A DNA stretch of 64,000 bases from Bacilli bacterium (GCA_017541325.1 JAFXZI010000014.1:45741-109740), one strand, 5' to 3'. Shown: positions 54,014 to 63,978, counted from the stretch's first letter. The notes: generated by a model not told the origin, from the sequence alone. Numbers and translations are program-made.

Positions 54014-54961
54014 TTATTCCCCTTTATTAAAGATTTTTCCTAATAATTTATCTCCATCATGTCCATTAAAATAATCCTTCATAAGTACTCTTTTACCACC
54101 AGCAAATTTTATATCTGTAATTATTACTTCTCCATCTTTACAAGCAACACCAATTCCATCTTTATATATTTTTCCAATTTCACCTAGTTGTTTTTCTGTA
54201 TAAAAATCATTTGTTTTACGAGAATTATATATCTTTACTATTTCTCCATCTAACACTGCATATCCTCCTGGGAATGGAGATAACGCTCTAATTTGGTTAT
54301 ATACAGTATTAGCATCTTTACTAAAATCAATTAACTCATCATCTCTCGTAATAATTGGTGCAAAAGTAGCTTCACTATCATTTTGTTTAATACTTTCATT
54401 AGTACCATTAATAATATCAGGTAATGTTTTTAAAAGAAGATCTCTACCTACTATAGATAATTTATCATGTAATGTTTCAAAATTATCATCTTCTTTAATT
54501 TCTACTACTTCTTTAGATATCATATTTCCTGTATCCATATGTTCATCCATATACATTATAGTGATTCCAGTTTCTTTTTCTCCATTTAATATTGCTCTTT
54601 GAATTGGAGCTCCACCTCTATATTTTGGAAGTAAAGATGCATGAACATTTATACAACCAAGTTTAGGTGTTTCAAGTATCTCTTTTGGAATTATTTGACC
54701 ATATGCACAAGTTACTATTAAATCTGGTTTTCTCATTGTTACTTCATTATATTCTTTTCTTATTTTTTCAGGTTGAATAACAACTATTCCATATTTTTCA
54801 GCTAATAACTTAACTGGACTTTTTCTTAATTCTTTATGTCTACCTACTTCTTTATCAGGTTGAGTAACAACTGCTATAACATTATAATTATCTATTAAAC
54901 TTTGTAAAATAGGTACACAAAAATCAGGAGTACCCATAAAAATAACATCTATCTTTTTCAA
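54014..54961 (-). CDS. fmt: methionyl-tRNA formyltransferase
   Basis: IDVIFMGTPDF and HASLLPKYRGGAPIQ. I place the start at TTG 54961 (GGTGA RBS), giving 315 aa; the hydrophobic ORF-track extension is unlikely. Confidence 0.9.
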   Translation of the reverse strand: MKKIDVIFMGTPDFCVPILQSLIDNYNVIAVVTQPDKEVGRHKELRKSPVKLLAEKYGIVVIQPEKIRKEYNEVTMRKPDLIVTCAYGQIIPKEILETPKLGCINVHASLLPKYRGGAPIQRAILNGEKETGITIMYMDEHMDTGNMISKEVVEIKEDDNFETLHDKLSIVGRDLLLKTLPDIINGTNESIKQNDSEATFAPIITRDDELIDFSKDANTVYNQIRALSPFPGGYAVLDGEIVKIYNSRKTNDFYTEKQLGEIGKIYKDGIGVACKDGEVIITDIKFAGGKRVLMKDYFNGHDGDKLLGKIFNKGE

Positions 54962-54985
54962 TTTAATCACCAATCTAATTATAAA

Positions 54986-55019
54986 ATAATAAAAACTAAT
55001 AATCAATTAAGATTATTAG
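54986..55019 (-). terminator. rho-independent terminator after the 846-aa gene (overlaps the stop)
   Basis: 9-bp stem ctaataatc/gattattag (54996-55004/55011-55019) with a T-rich run on the minus strand. Confidence 0.6.
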
Positions 55020-57556
55020 TTTAATTCTGTAGGTGGTTCTTCCAAAGCTTGTTCACCATCTAATTCTCTTTTTTCTCCAATTGTTGTTGTATTTACTTCT
55101 GTCATCATAACTTTAACAGTTTCTCCCTCTTTATCTGGTGTAACATTAGAGGTTTTATGTGATCTATATCTTTTTGCAGTTGTTGAATTATCATAAGTAG
55201 TCTTACTACTTGAATAATCTTTTTCAGCAATTTCTGCAGCTTTTGATTTTACTTGCCACTCAGTATAAGCATTACTTCTTCTCTCGTTATATGCTTCTGT
55301 TGATTCTCCTTCATATTGACCAGTTTCAATTACTTCACGATATTTATTCTCTGCAGCTTGTGCAGCGACAATAGCATTTTTCAAATTATCTCTACTTGTT
55401 TCCAGTGCCTTTCCACCTAAATTAGTTTTTCTATATTGAGCATCAGCTCTACTTTTGTTAACACTATTTTGGAAGGCTCTATTTACACTTCCTTTTAATC
55501 TATTAGCATCTAATTGAGTCTCACTATCAATTGTATTCCAAGCATTTCTTAATTGGTCGTTCGCAGCACTTCTATATCTTTCGTTCATACCACGAACACC
55601 TTCTTTAAGACTTCCTCTAATTCCAGCACCACTAGCAAGTCCTGATACTAAACCAGATCCAAATCCTAAAACACCACCAGTTACATTTCCTAAGAAACTA
55701 CCATTATGTGTATCAAGTCCAAAGAATTTATTTAAGTATTTAGGTGACTGATAAACAAATAGTAATAAGCCAACTATTAAGAATGATTTTAAATATAAAA
55801 GTCTAAGTGGCGTTATACCAGTACCTTCTGCACCTTCCCAAGTAATAAATAAATCATTTATTTTTATTTCAGAAGCTAAATATAAAATCATATACATTAA
55901 GCCAATTTTAATAAATAAATCTACAAATGTAATTGCTGTTTCTTTTAACCATTCTTTTAATGGATCATTTTCATCTCTATATGGACTAATATTAAGAAGG
56001 ATTGGAATTGGTGCTAACATTTCTAATACTAAAAGTCTAAAGAACCTAACTCCAGCACTTACTGTTATTCCAACAAGAAGGAATAATGTAATCATTCCAA
56101 CTATAGTAGATAATAAATATCTATATTCATAACTATATCCAGGATTTTTACCATCTCTTCCAAATGGACTTACATCATTTATATGTTTTACAAAATCATC
56201 AATTGATGCAATATCTTTACTTCCATCAATAGATGCAAATTCTTGTTTTTTATTAGTATAATTTGGATGAAAGAATGGAGATAATACAACTACTGCTAAA
56301 TCATCCGATATTTTTTCTATATCTTTCTGCGCTTCATCTTCGTTTTGACCCAATAATACTTTTGGAACTATTGGTATAAAAGTATATTGAATTCTATATG
56401 CAAGTTCAAATAAACCAGGAGTCATTAATAAAAGTATTAACATTGCAATTGTTTTAAATATTAAAGTTCTACTTCCTTTAAATCTATCCGTTAATTCATC
56501 TGGATTAAACATATATCTTATAAATGTTAAACTAAGTCTAAATAGCATTATAATACCTAAAACTACATATATCTTATTTCTAACATTACTAACAATATCT
56601 GTATATATTCTAAGTCTTGCTATATCGAATAAACCTTGAATTACCCAAATAATAGATGAATATATATAATAATCTAAAGTAAAGAATACACTTCTTACAA
56701 CATTAACAAATTTATATCCTTTAAATATTGTTAATTCTGTAGATTGAACATTTATATTTCCTAGAACTGCACTGCTATATATTTCTCCAGTTTCATAAAG
56801 TAATAACGCTTTATTTTCTGATACAGTAAGAGATACTAAGTTATTATTACCAACTTTCATTTCATTAGATATATAATATGTTTTTTTATGTTTTCCTCTT
56901 AAATCAAATATATATATTACATTTCCATTTTTCTCAACAGAATCAAATATCTTTTCTCCAGTAGAATTATGAGTTATTAAATAAACATATCCCGTACTAT
57001 AACTTAAATCATTTCTAGTACCTCTAATATCTACATCAAAATTATTTTCTAACTTTTTCTCTTCGCTATAGACACTACCTTTTTTACCATCGTATGTAAA
57101 ATATCTATTAAATCTATTAGAAAAAGCAATATGACTACCAGATAAATTTATAGTACTTGTCTCAGTTAAAGTTTCCATATCAATAACTGAATATTGTCCA
57201 CTGCCTTTACTTGCTAATAAAGTATTAGTATTAGGATCATATGAAATACTTGCACTACTACTTAAATTAAATCTTTTTTCTTCTAAAACACTATATGTAT
57301 TTTTATCTAAAAACATAAGTGTACCATTACCTCTAGATACAACTAAATAATCTCTAGTTGAAGCAATAGATTTAAAAGTACTATTACCACCTAAGCCATC
57401 AGTCTTAGATAGTTTTTTTTCTAAACTAATATCTATTACTTCTGTAAGTCTTTTTTTAGATAATCCTCTTAAGTTATTTTTAATATCTTCAACCGCAAAA
57501 ACACTTACAGGAATCATAAGTAATAATAAAATTAATACTAAATATCTTCTCCTCAT
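55016..57556 (-). CDS. large polytopic membrane protein: signal peptide, beta-propeller-like ectodomain, VirB6/TrbL-like multi-TM core, Gly-rich segment, coiled-coil/disordered tail
   Basis: 846 aa. Signal peptide ends ...MIPVSVFA. Repeated strand-like blocks (YLVVSRGNGTLMFLD, LLASKGSGQYSVID, VIYIFDLRG, ALLLYETGEIY). About 8 TM helices (res ~285-640), then GNVTGGVLGFGSGLVSGLASGAGIRGS. AAGGTGG RBS. The family assignment is tentative. Confidence 0.55.
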   Translation of the reverse strand: MRRRYLVLILLLLMIPVSVFAVEDIKNNLRGLSKKRLTEVIDISLEKKLSKTDGLGGNSTFKSIASTRDYLVVSRGNGTLMFLDKNTYSVLEEKRFNLSSSASISYDPNTNTLLASKGSGQYSVIDMETLTETSTINLSGSHIAFSNRFNRYFTYDGKKGSVYSEEKKLENNFDVDIRGTRNDLSYSTGYVYLITHNSTGEKIFDSVEKNGNVIYIFDLRGKHKKTYYISNEMKVGNNNLVSLTVSENKALLLYETGEIYSSAVLGNINVQSTELTIFKGYKFVNVVRSVFFTLDYYIYSSIIWVIQGLFDIARLRIYTDIVSNVRNKIYVVLGIIMLFRLSLTFIRYMFNPDELTDRFKGSRTLIFKTIAMLILLLMTPGLFELAYRIQYTFIPIVPKVLLGQNEDEAQKDIEKISDDLAVVVLSPFFHPNYTNKKQEFASIDGSKDIASIDDFVKHINDVSPFGRDGKNPGYSYEYRYLLSTIVGMITLFLLVGITVSAGVRFFRLLVLEMLAPIPILLNISPYRDENDPLKEWLKETAITFVDLFIKIGLMYMILYLASEIKINDLFITWEGAEGTGITPLRLLYLKSFLIVGLLLFVYQSPKYLNKFFGLDTHNGSFLGNVTGGVLGFGSGLVSGLASGAGIRGSLKEGVRGMNERYRSAANDQLRNAWNTIDSETQLDANRLKGSVNRAFQNSVNKSRADAQYRKTNLGGKALETSRDNLKNAIVAAQAAENKYREVIETGQYEGESTEAYNERRSNAYTEWQVKSKAAEIAEKDYSSSKTTYDNSTTAKRYRSHKTSNVTPDKEGETVKVMMTEVNTTTIGEKRELDGEQALEEPPTELN

Positions 57557-57575
57557 GGCTTACCACCTTATTATA

Positions 57576-57584
57576 ATTATATCA
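57576..57584 (-). promoter_or_regulatory. putative extended -10 promoter (TGaTATAAT) of the 846-aa gene
   Basis: The minus strand reads tctatTTGATATAATtataataaggtgg, downstream of the Bat-like operon terminator. Confidence 0.45.
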
Positions 57585-57609
57585 AATAGATAAGCATTAT
57601 TAAACAAAA

Positions 57610-57641
57610 TATAAAAAAAGAAAAAGACTTTACAAGTCTTA
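57610..57641 (-). terminator. rho-independent terminator after the TPR gene (end of the MoxR/VWA operon)
   Basis: Stem aagact/agtctt (57624-57629/57635-57640) followed by a long T-rich run on the minus strand. Confidence 0.65.
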
Positions 57642-58310
57642 ATAGTTTTTTCCTTTATATTGATATCTAGTATCTTCTTTTCTATTGATGTCGTCTCTTT
57701 CTCTATCATTTCTATCTTGTTGCGTTTGTTTTTGTTGTTCTTTTATTTGTTCTTCTAATTCTTTTTCTTTAGAATCATCATCATTATTATTATTTTGATT
57801 TTCTTTATTATTATCTTTATCTCCAGTACTTCCACCTTTTGAAGATTTTTCTTGTTTTAATTTTTCTAACTCATTATATATTTCTTGTGAATTACTATCT
57901 TTACCACTTACTAAGTCTTTTGCAGCACAATTATTAACTAAAAGAATATCTTGAATATATTCTATATCATCTATTAAATCTTCTTTAGTTAAGTTAAGTA
58001 TTTTCATATATGAAAGTGATAAATTATTTCTAACTTTGCATTCTCTTTTTTTAGATACTGTTTTTAAAGCTTTTTCATATTCTAAAATAGCATCACTATA
58101 TTCTCCTAAATTATATAAATTATTTCCTTTATTATAGTATGCTATATAACTTTCAGGAAAATTTAAAATAAATAATTGTTCTACTAAACTACTATTATAA
58201 TAACCTTTATTACTTTTAGAAATATATGCTTCATTAATTACATATCTAATTGATAAATGAAATAAGAATAAAGACATAATTACTAGTACAAATATTATTA
58301 TTTTTTTCAT
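57639..58310 (-). CDS. TPR-repeat membrane-anchored protein (BatC-like) with an acidic/basic low-complexity tail
   Basis: 223 aa. N-terminal TM helix, TPR-like AYYNKGNNLYNLGEYSDAILEYEKALK, and a C-terminal D/E/K/Q/N-rich region. ATGA overlap with the upstream gene. Confidence 0.65.
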   Translation of the reverse strand: MKKIIIFVLVIMSLFLFHLSIRYVINEAYISKSNKGYYNSSLVEQLFILNFPESYIAYYNKGNNLYNLGEYSDAILEYEKALKTVSKKRECKVRNNLSLSYMKILNLTKEDLIDDIEYIQDILLVNNCAAKDLVSGKDSNSQEIYNELEKLKQEKSSKGGSTGDKDNNKENQNNNNDDDSKEKELEEQIKEQQKQTQQDRNDRERDDINRKEDTRYQYKGKNY

Positions 58311-59245
58311 AATCTTACCTTCCTATAATTATATAATTCTATAAGTAAAAGAATACCTATTAAAGGAGTTATAAAATAATATGTATCTTTATAAATATAC
58401 TTTTTTTGATCTCCCTTAACACTATTTTTTTCTTTACTAATTTCATTTATACTTTTATCTACTTCATTTGTACTAGTCATATGAATATAGTCAATTCCAA
58501 GATCTAATGCAATATTTTTCATATTATCTTCATCTATTTTAGAGAATGCTTTTGTACTTCTATAATTTTCATCATAATAATATAAATCTTCTGCTTCTCC
58601 GTAATAAGTATCTATCTTTATAGTAGATCCTTTTGTCGTTCCATATCCTAAAACTGCTCCACCATCTATATATTTTTTTAAATGATTTAGACTATCTTCT
58701 CCAGAGTCACTTGTATTTTCTCCATCTGTAAAAATATATACTATTACTTTATGATCAGTATCTTTTTCTTTTTCTAACATTTTTTCAAGTTGATTTCTAA
58801 ATAAAGTTACTTTTGTACCTCTTGCATAATATTTATTGATTACAGTTATAGAATCAACCGATGCTGAAATAGCATTAGCATCTTTTGTCATAATCATTCT
58901 TGTATAGGCATTATTATCAAAAGTTATAGTAGCATAACTTGCTCCTGCAGTTTTATCAATTATATAATTAATATCTTTTTTTACTTGATCAAGTCTAGTA
59001 GGTTTAACATCATTCGCAGCCATACTAAGAGTTGAATCAACAATAAATATAATATCTAAATTGTTTTCAAATACTGTTATATCTCCATTAGGTAGCATTA
59101 TTCTTAAATTAACGATAAATAATATTACTAATAATAAAAATCTAATTAGTTTTTTTATTCCTGTACTATAAATTAATACCATCAATAGTATAAATATAGA
59201 TAAAGGAATCATTATCCATAAAGATATAATAGGATTAATTATCAT
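58307..59245 (-). CDS. von Willebrand factor A domain membrane protein (BatB-like)
   Basis: 312 aa. Two N-terminal TM helices, MIDAS IIFIVDSTLSM, and a C-terminal TM helix. Confidence 0.75.
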   Translation of the reverse strand: MIINPIISLWIMIPLSIFILLMVLIYSTGIKKLIRFLLLVILFIVNLRIMLPNGDITVFENNLDIIFIVDSTLSMAANDVKPTRLDQVKKDINYIIDKTAGASYATITFDNNAYTRMIMTKDANAISASVDSITVINKYYARGTKVTLFRNQLEKMLEKEKDTDHKVIVYIFTDGENTSDSGEDSLNHLKKYIDGGAVLGYGTTKGSTIKIDTYYGEAEDLYYYDENYRSTKAFSKIDEDNMKNIALDLGIDYIHMTSTNEVDKSINEISKEKNSVKGDQKKYIYKDTYYFITPLIGILLLIELYNYRKVRL

Positions 59246-60231
59246 CTAATCAACTCCTTATCTATAAATAGTAAAACAACAAAAGAAATCATTAATAGAA
59301 TAAATGGTACTTCTGGTTGATCATACTCTACTTCTTGCTTTTTTCCTTCTAATAAGCTTGTTTCTTTTTTATTTATTTCATTAACAATTACACTAACATC
59401 ATCTGTTTGAATATATGATTTACCTCCAGTTGTTTTAGCTGCTTCTTGAAGTATACTAATATCCTTTTTAAAAGCAAAAGTAGGTGCGATAGTATAAAGA
59501 GTTATATCTTTCTTTTTAGCTAATTTAGAAGCTTCAGTAACATCTATTAATTCTTTTCCTAATACATCGTTATCTGTAACTAAAATAATTGATCTAGTTC
59601 TTTTCTCATCTAATTTTGGAAAAGCAAAAATACAAGAAGCTAATCCATCTCCTATTAAAGAAGAACCTCTACTTCTATCAGTTAAAGTACCATCTGTTAC
59701 ATACATATCATGAGTTGTAAACATACATGTTAAATCATTACGGCAAGTTAATGACTTATTCATTTTAGTTAATACTTCTTTTAAATAATCATAATCTTCT
59801 GTAAGAGGTGCTAATAAGTAAGAAGTACTATTAAAAATAGAAATACCAATTCTTTCTCCTTTTAATCCATCTATTAATTTTATATATTCATCTATAAACT
59901 CTATATTTAACTGATCAGTTGATGATGAAACATCTAAACATAACATAATATCTCTATTATATTTTTCTTCTTTTATAATGCTTCTATTAACAATTCTAGA
60001 AGATAATACTGAAGATGAGATAATTCCTAAAAATAAGACACCATAAATAAGATATAGTAATACTCTATATCTAAACAAAATATTTTTATAATACGCTGTT
60101 CTTTTTACTATATTAGTATTAGCAATTTTAATATTATTTTTCTTTTTTTCTTTTTTTAATCTACTAATAAAAAATACAATAATAAAAAGAACAATGAATA
60201 TAAATATAAATGCTGGATATCTTATTTCCAT
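59242..60231 (-). CDS. von Willebrand factor A domain membrane protein (BatA-like)
   Basis: 329 aa. N-terminal TM helices, MIDAS IMLCLDVSSSTD, and a C-terminal TM helix. Confidence 0.75.
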   Translation of the reverse strand: MEIRYPAFIFIFIVLFIIVFFISRLKKEKKKNNIKIANTNIVKRTAYYKNILFRYRVLLYLIYGVLFLGIISSSVLSSRIVNRSIIKEEKYNRDIMLCLDVSSSTDQLNIEFIDEYIKLIDGLKGERIGISIFNSTSYLLAPLTEDYDYLKEVLTKMNKSLTCRNDLTCMFTTHDMYVTDGTLTDRSRGSSLIGDGLASCIFAFPKLDEKRTRSIILVTDNDVLGKELIDVTEASKLAKKKDITLYTIAPTFAFKKDISILQEAAKTTGGKSYIQTDDVSVIVNEINKKETSLLEGKKQEVEYDQPEVPFILLMISFVVLLFIDKELIR

Positions 60232-60677
60232 TCTTCTATTACCTTCCTTGTTTTATTAATGGAAGAAATAATGTCTCCCTTATTATTCTTTGAAAATTCT
60301 GGTTCATAATACTCTTTAATTAGATCATATAAAATACCAGTATCTTTTTCTTTTATTTCCGATAAACTACTTTTAAGTAAATCTATATCTGTAGCATCTA
60401 ATACAAAACTTCTTATTAAAACACTCAATCTATTATAAGCAGTTCTACTTTTTATTTTATTAGAATTTATTTCATTATAAAGACTATCTATTTGATATAG
60501 ATATTTCTTTTTTATTATTAAAATATCTTTAGTTATAATATTATTCTTTGGGGTTGGTTTATGTTTAAAAAGTACATATAAAAAATATGCTACTAAAGAT
60601 ACAAGTAATATTATAAAAAGAATAAAACCAACGATATTATAACTAAATTGTCCTTCTAAACTAACTTTTGACTGCAT
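60222..60677 (-). CDS. small single-pass membrane protein of the MoxR/VWA operon (position of DUF4381-type proteins)
   Basis: 151 aa. One TM helix (IVGFILFIILLVSLVAYFLYVLF). Overlaps both neighbouring genes. Confidence 0.5.
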   Translation of the reverse strand: MQSKVSLEGQFSYNIVGFILFIILLVSLVAYFLYVLFKHKPTPKNNIITKDILIIKKKYLYQIDSLYNEINSNKIKSRTAYNRLSVLIRSFVLDATDIDLLKSSLSEIKEKDTGILYDLIKEYYEPEFSKNNKGDIISSINKTRKVIEEWK

Positions 60678-61536
60678 GATTATGCCTTTCTAATAAATCA
60701 ATAATTTTATTAACTATTTCATTTTTGCTATTAATTGTTGTAGAACTTACTCTGTACTTAGTAAATAAATAAGATTGTTCTTCAATTAATTCTTGTTTTA
60801 TATTTTCTTCTACTTGTTTTAAAGCATAATTCTTAGAAAATAATTTAGGTACATTATTTTTAGAATCCAAATCATATAAATCATCACCAAATAAAGATGC
60901 ATCAGATATATTTATAAATAATAAATCATGAGATGCAGTAACATTTTTTAATAATTGATTATCTATACTTTCCATTCCCGAAATATCAGAAATAATTACA
61001 AAAATCATCTTTCTTTTAGAATTATCCATACAATAATTAATTCTATCTAAAAGAGTATAATTATTCTCTTCTGTTACATGGTTTTCTAAGTCATTTAGAG
61101 TTAATTCTACATTTAATATACTTTCTTTAAAACTAGTCATATATAAAGTATTTTCTTTTACATAAGAAGTTGCGACCTCATCTCCATTTTTACAAACTAA
61201 ATAAGCAAGAGTTCCATATACGTACATTAGAACATCTCTTTTGTGTTCATAACTTGAAGTAACTCCATCCATCTTTATATTGTTATCAATTATAAAAACA
61301 ACATTATGTCTTTTTAATGCTTCATACCTTCTAACTAAAAGAGAACCATTTCTAATAGATGATTTCCAATCTATATCTTTACTTTCATCTCCTAAAGTAT
61401 AATCTCTTAAATCATCAAAATCCATACTACGACCTTTATAAATAGAACGATATAGCCCATTTAATAAAGCGATTGCTTTTTTAGATGAATTAATAGATAT
61501 ATTTGCTTTTATTTTTTCTATATATTTTGTTTTCAT
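60661..61536 (-). CDS. DUF58-family protein (VWA-like, MoxR partner)
   Basis: 291 aa. The signature FDDLRDYTLGDESKDIDWKSSIRNGSLLVRRYE is present. Confidence 0.85.
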   Translation of the reverse strand: MKTKYIEKIKANISINSSKKAIALLNGLYRSIYKGRSMDFDDLRDYTLGDESKDIDWKSSIRNGSLLVRRYEALKRHNVVFIIDNNIKMDGVTSSYEHKRDVLMYVYGTLAYLVCKNGDEVATSYVKENTLYMTSFKESILNVELTLNDLENHVTEENNYTLLDRINYCMDNSKRKMIFVIISDISGMESIDNQLLKNVTASHDLLFINISDASLFGDDLYDLDSKNNVPKLFSKNYALKQVEENIKQELIEEQSYLFTKYRVSSTTINSKNEIVNKIIDLLERHNHAVKS

Positions 61537-62516
61537 GGAGTATCTATTGCTCCTACAATAGCATCTATAATTTGTTCTGTAGTAATTCCATCAGCAACAG
61601 CAGCATAATTAAGTTCAATTCTATGTCTTAAAATACTATGAATCATCTCTTTACAATCATCTGGTGTAACATAATTACGACCATTTAAAATAGCTAGAGC
61701 CTTACTAACATTCATAATAGCAATACTTCCTCTAGGAGATGCTCCAATTTCTATATAATTAGCTAAATCTTCATGAATAAATTCATGTGGATGACGTGTT
61801 GCATAAATAATTCTAGAAATATAACTCTTTATAGTTCCATCTACATAAACTTTCTTTGTTAATTCTTGTAAATATTTAATAGCACTTATATCTAATATTT
61901 TAGGATTATCAATAATTACTCCACTTTCTACTCTATTTAATATTTCTATTTCTTCTTCTATAGTTGGATAATTAATAACTTCTTTTAGCAAAAATCTATC
62001 TAATTGTGCTTCTGCAAGTAAATAAGTACCTTCTTGTTCAATAGGATTTTGTGTTGCAATAACTATAAAAGGATCTGGTACATTATAAGTTACACCAGCA
62101 ATAGTTAATTTCTTTTCTTGCATAACTTCAAGCATAGCACTTTGAGTTTTTGCACTAGATCTATTTATTTCATCTAATAGAACAAAGTTAGCATTAACTG
62201 GTCCAATTATAGTTTCAAATTTATTAGTAGAATAATTGAATATTTGTGTTCCAACTATATCACTAGGAAGTAAATCAGGTGTACATTGAATTTTACTAAA
62301 TTTAGCAGAAAAAGCATCTGTTAATACTTTAGCAGCAGTTGTTTTTGCAAGTCCTGGAACAGACTCAAGTAAAATATGCCCTTCTGTCATTAAAGCTACT
62401 AGTAGTGCCTTTTTTAAATTACTTTGCCCAACTATTCTATAATCATAATATGCTGATATCTTATTTATAATTGTAGCTGCTTCATTTAATTCTTCTTCTC
62501 TTAATTCATTATTCAT
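61533..62516 (-). CDS. MoxR-family AAA+ ATPase
   Basis: IVGQSNLKKALLVALMTEGHILLESVPGLAKTT (Walker A) and FVLLDEINR (Walker B). Start placed at ATG 62516 (AGGTGA RBS). Confidence 0.9.
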   Translation of the reverse strand: MNNELREEELNEAATIINKISAYYDYRIVGQSNLKKALLVALMTEGHILLESVPGLAKTTAAKVLTDAFSAKFSKIQCTPDLLPSDIVGTQIFNYSTNKFETIIGPVNANFVLLDEINRSSAKTQSAMLEVMQEKKLTIAGVTYNVPDPFIVIATQNPIEQEGTYLLAEAQLDRFLLKEVINYPTIEEEIEILNRVESGVIIDNPKILDISAIKYLQELTKKVYVDGTIKSYISRIIYATRHPHEFIHEDLANYIEIGASPRGSIAIMNVSKALAILNGRNYVTPDDCKEMIHSILRHRIELNYAAVADGITTEQIIDAIVGAIDTP

Positions 62517-62536
62517 ATACACTTCACCTATTATAA

Positions 62537-62545
62537 ATTATACCA
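62537..62545 (-). promoter_or_regulatory. putative extended -10 promoter (TGgTATAAT) of the MoxR operon
   Basis: The minus strand reads ttatTGGTATAATttataatagg, immediately after the LemA terminator. Confidence 0.45.
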
Positions 62546-62571
62546 ATAAAAAAAGACTAAAAGTAGTCTTT
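62546..62571 (-). terminator. rho-independent terminator after the LemA gene
   Basis: Stem aagacta/tagtctt (62553-62559/62564-62570) with a 7-nt T-run on the minus strand. Confidence 0.7.
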
Positions 62572-62577
62572 TATTTA

Positions 62578-63123
62578 TTAAACGTCAACCTTTACATCTG
62601 CTTTTTTCTTTTCATCTGCTTCAAAAAATTCTTTTTTAGTTAAACCTTTTGAGTTAGCAATAACACTTTTTGGAAATGTAACTAGCATTTGATTAAAATG
62701 AGAAACATTTGCATTATACATTCTTCTAGCAGCTTGTAAATGTTCTTCTGTATCAGCAATTGCTTGTTGTAATGTTTTATAATTTTCACTAGATTTAAGT
62801 TCAGGATATGATTCTGCTAAAACATTAATTTTTTCAAAGTTAGCATCCATTTTTTCACTTTCTTTAGCTTTTTCATCAACACTCATACCTTTTCTTAAAT
62901 TAATAACTTCAAATAAAGTTTCTTTTTCATGTTTAGCATATCCTTTAACTACATCAATCATTTTTGTTAAAACATCATATCTTTTTTCTAAAGCTACATC
63001 TATTCCAGATTCTGCTTCTTCAATTTTAACTTGTGCTCTATTTAAACTATTAGAAATTGAAATAACACATAATATAATTATTAAAACTACTGCAACAATT
63101 ATTCCGACATATAATAGATCCAT
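62578..63123 (-). CDS. LemA-family membrane protein
   Basis: 181 aa. N-terminal TM helix, then the LemA pattern NSLNRAQVKIEEAESGIDVALEKRYDVL...YPELKSSENYKTLQ...RMYNANV. GAAGGAGGTG RBS. Confidence 0.88.
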   Translation of the reverse strand: MDLLYVGIIVAVVLIIILCVISISNSLNRAQVKIEEAESGIDVALEKRYDVLTKMIDVVKGYAKHEKETLFEVINLRKGMSVDEKAKESEKMDANFEKINVLAESYPELKSSENYKTLQQAIADTEEHLQAARRMYNANVSHFNQMLVTFPKSVIANSKGLTKKEFFEADEKKKADVKVDV

Positions 63124-63165
63124 AAGTTCACCTCCTTCATATCATGATTTAATTATAACAAATTA

Positions 63166-63978
63166 CTATTCATTTTTAAATAATTCTTTATTATCTTCTA
63201 TTTCATCTGAAATACTTTTTATAAAACTAATTTGATCAGATAATTCTTTTATAGCAGTTTCTGAATTATTATGTATTTTATTTAGATTAAATAAATTATT
63301 AGAACTTTTTAAAAGAACATGCATCTTATCTGATTCAAAAATTACACATATAGGACACTTAGCACGATTTTTTATTCTTTTAATTTGTTCAATAACGGTT
63401 GGAGTTAAAACATAAAAAACTTCTTGTTCATCGCTGCCACTAATATTAAAATTTTCCATAAAACTAGCATCTTCTATTTTATACTTTTCTCCTATGGCTC
63501 TCATTCTTTTATCACAAACATATATTTCACTTTTTATTTCTTTATAAAAATCAAAAACTAACCATTGGCCAGTAAACTCGGAAGGAAAATTCTGATCACT
63601 ATTATCAAAGTAAAAGACATCATATATTTCTATTGTTTTATTATTATATTTTCCTTTAAAATAATCATTTATAATATTAAAATGAAACACAAACTTCTTT
63701 GTATTAAGATATAATTCCATGTCTTCTATCAGATTATCATCATGACGGAATACATTGTTACCGAATTCTTTTTCTAATAACTCTTTAACTATTGTATCTT
63801 TTATTTCTTTAGATTTATCATCCATCATAGATAAAATGCAAAAGAATAATACAACTCCAATACCATATGTAACAAAATATGCAATAAAATTAGGATATTG
63901 AATATTCGTCTTAAAAATAGCATTAATAATCATTAGAATAAATGGGGAAAAGAATAAAATAAACATAACAGTCCACAT
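63166..63978 (-). CDS. membrane protein, probably DUF3137-type (common LemA neighbour)
   Basis: 270 aa. Two N-terminal TM helices and a soluble C-terminal domain. The assignment rests on architecture, LemA adjacency and my recollection of the family. No SD before the ATG. Confidence 0.45.
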   Translation of the reverse strand: MWTVMFILFFSPFILMIINAIFKTNIQYPNFIAYFVTYGIGVVLFFCILSMMDDKSKEIKDTIVKELLEKEFGNNVFRHDDNLIEDMELYLNTKKFVFHFNIINDYFKGKYNNKTIEIYDVFYFDNSDQNFPSEFTGQWLVFDFYKEIKSEIYVCDKRMRAIGEKYKIEDASFMENFNISGSDEQEVFYVLTPTVIEQIKRIKNRAKCPICVIFESDKMHVLLKSSNNLFNLNKIHNNSETAIKELSDQISFIKSISDEIEDNKELFKNE

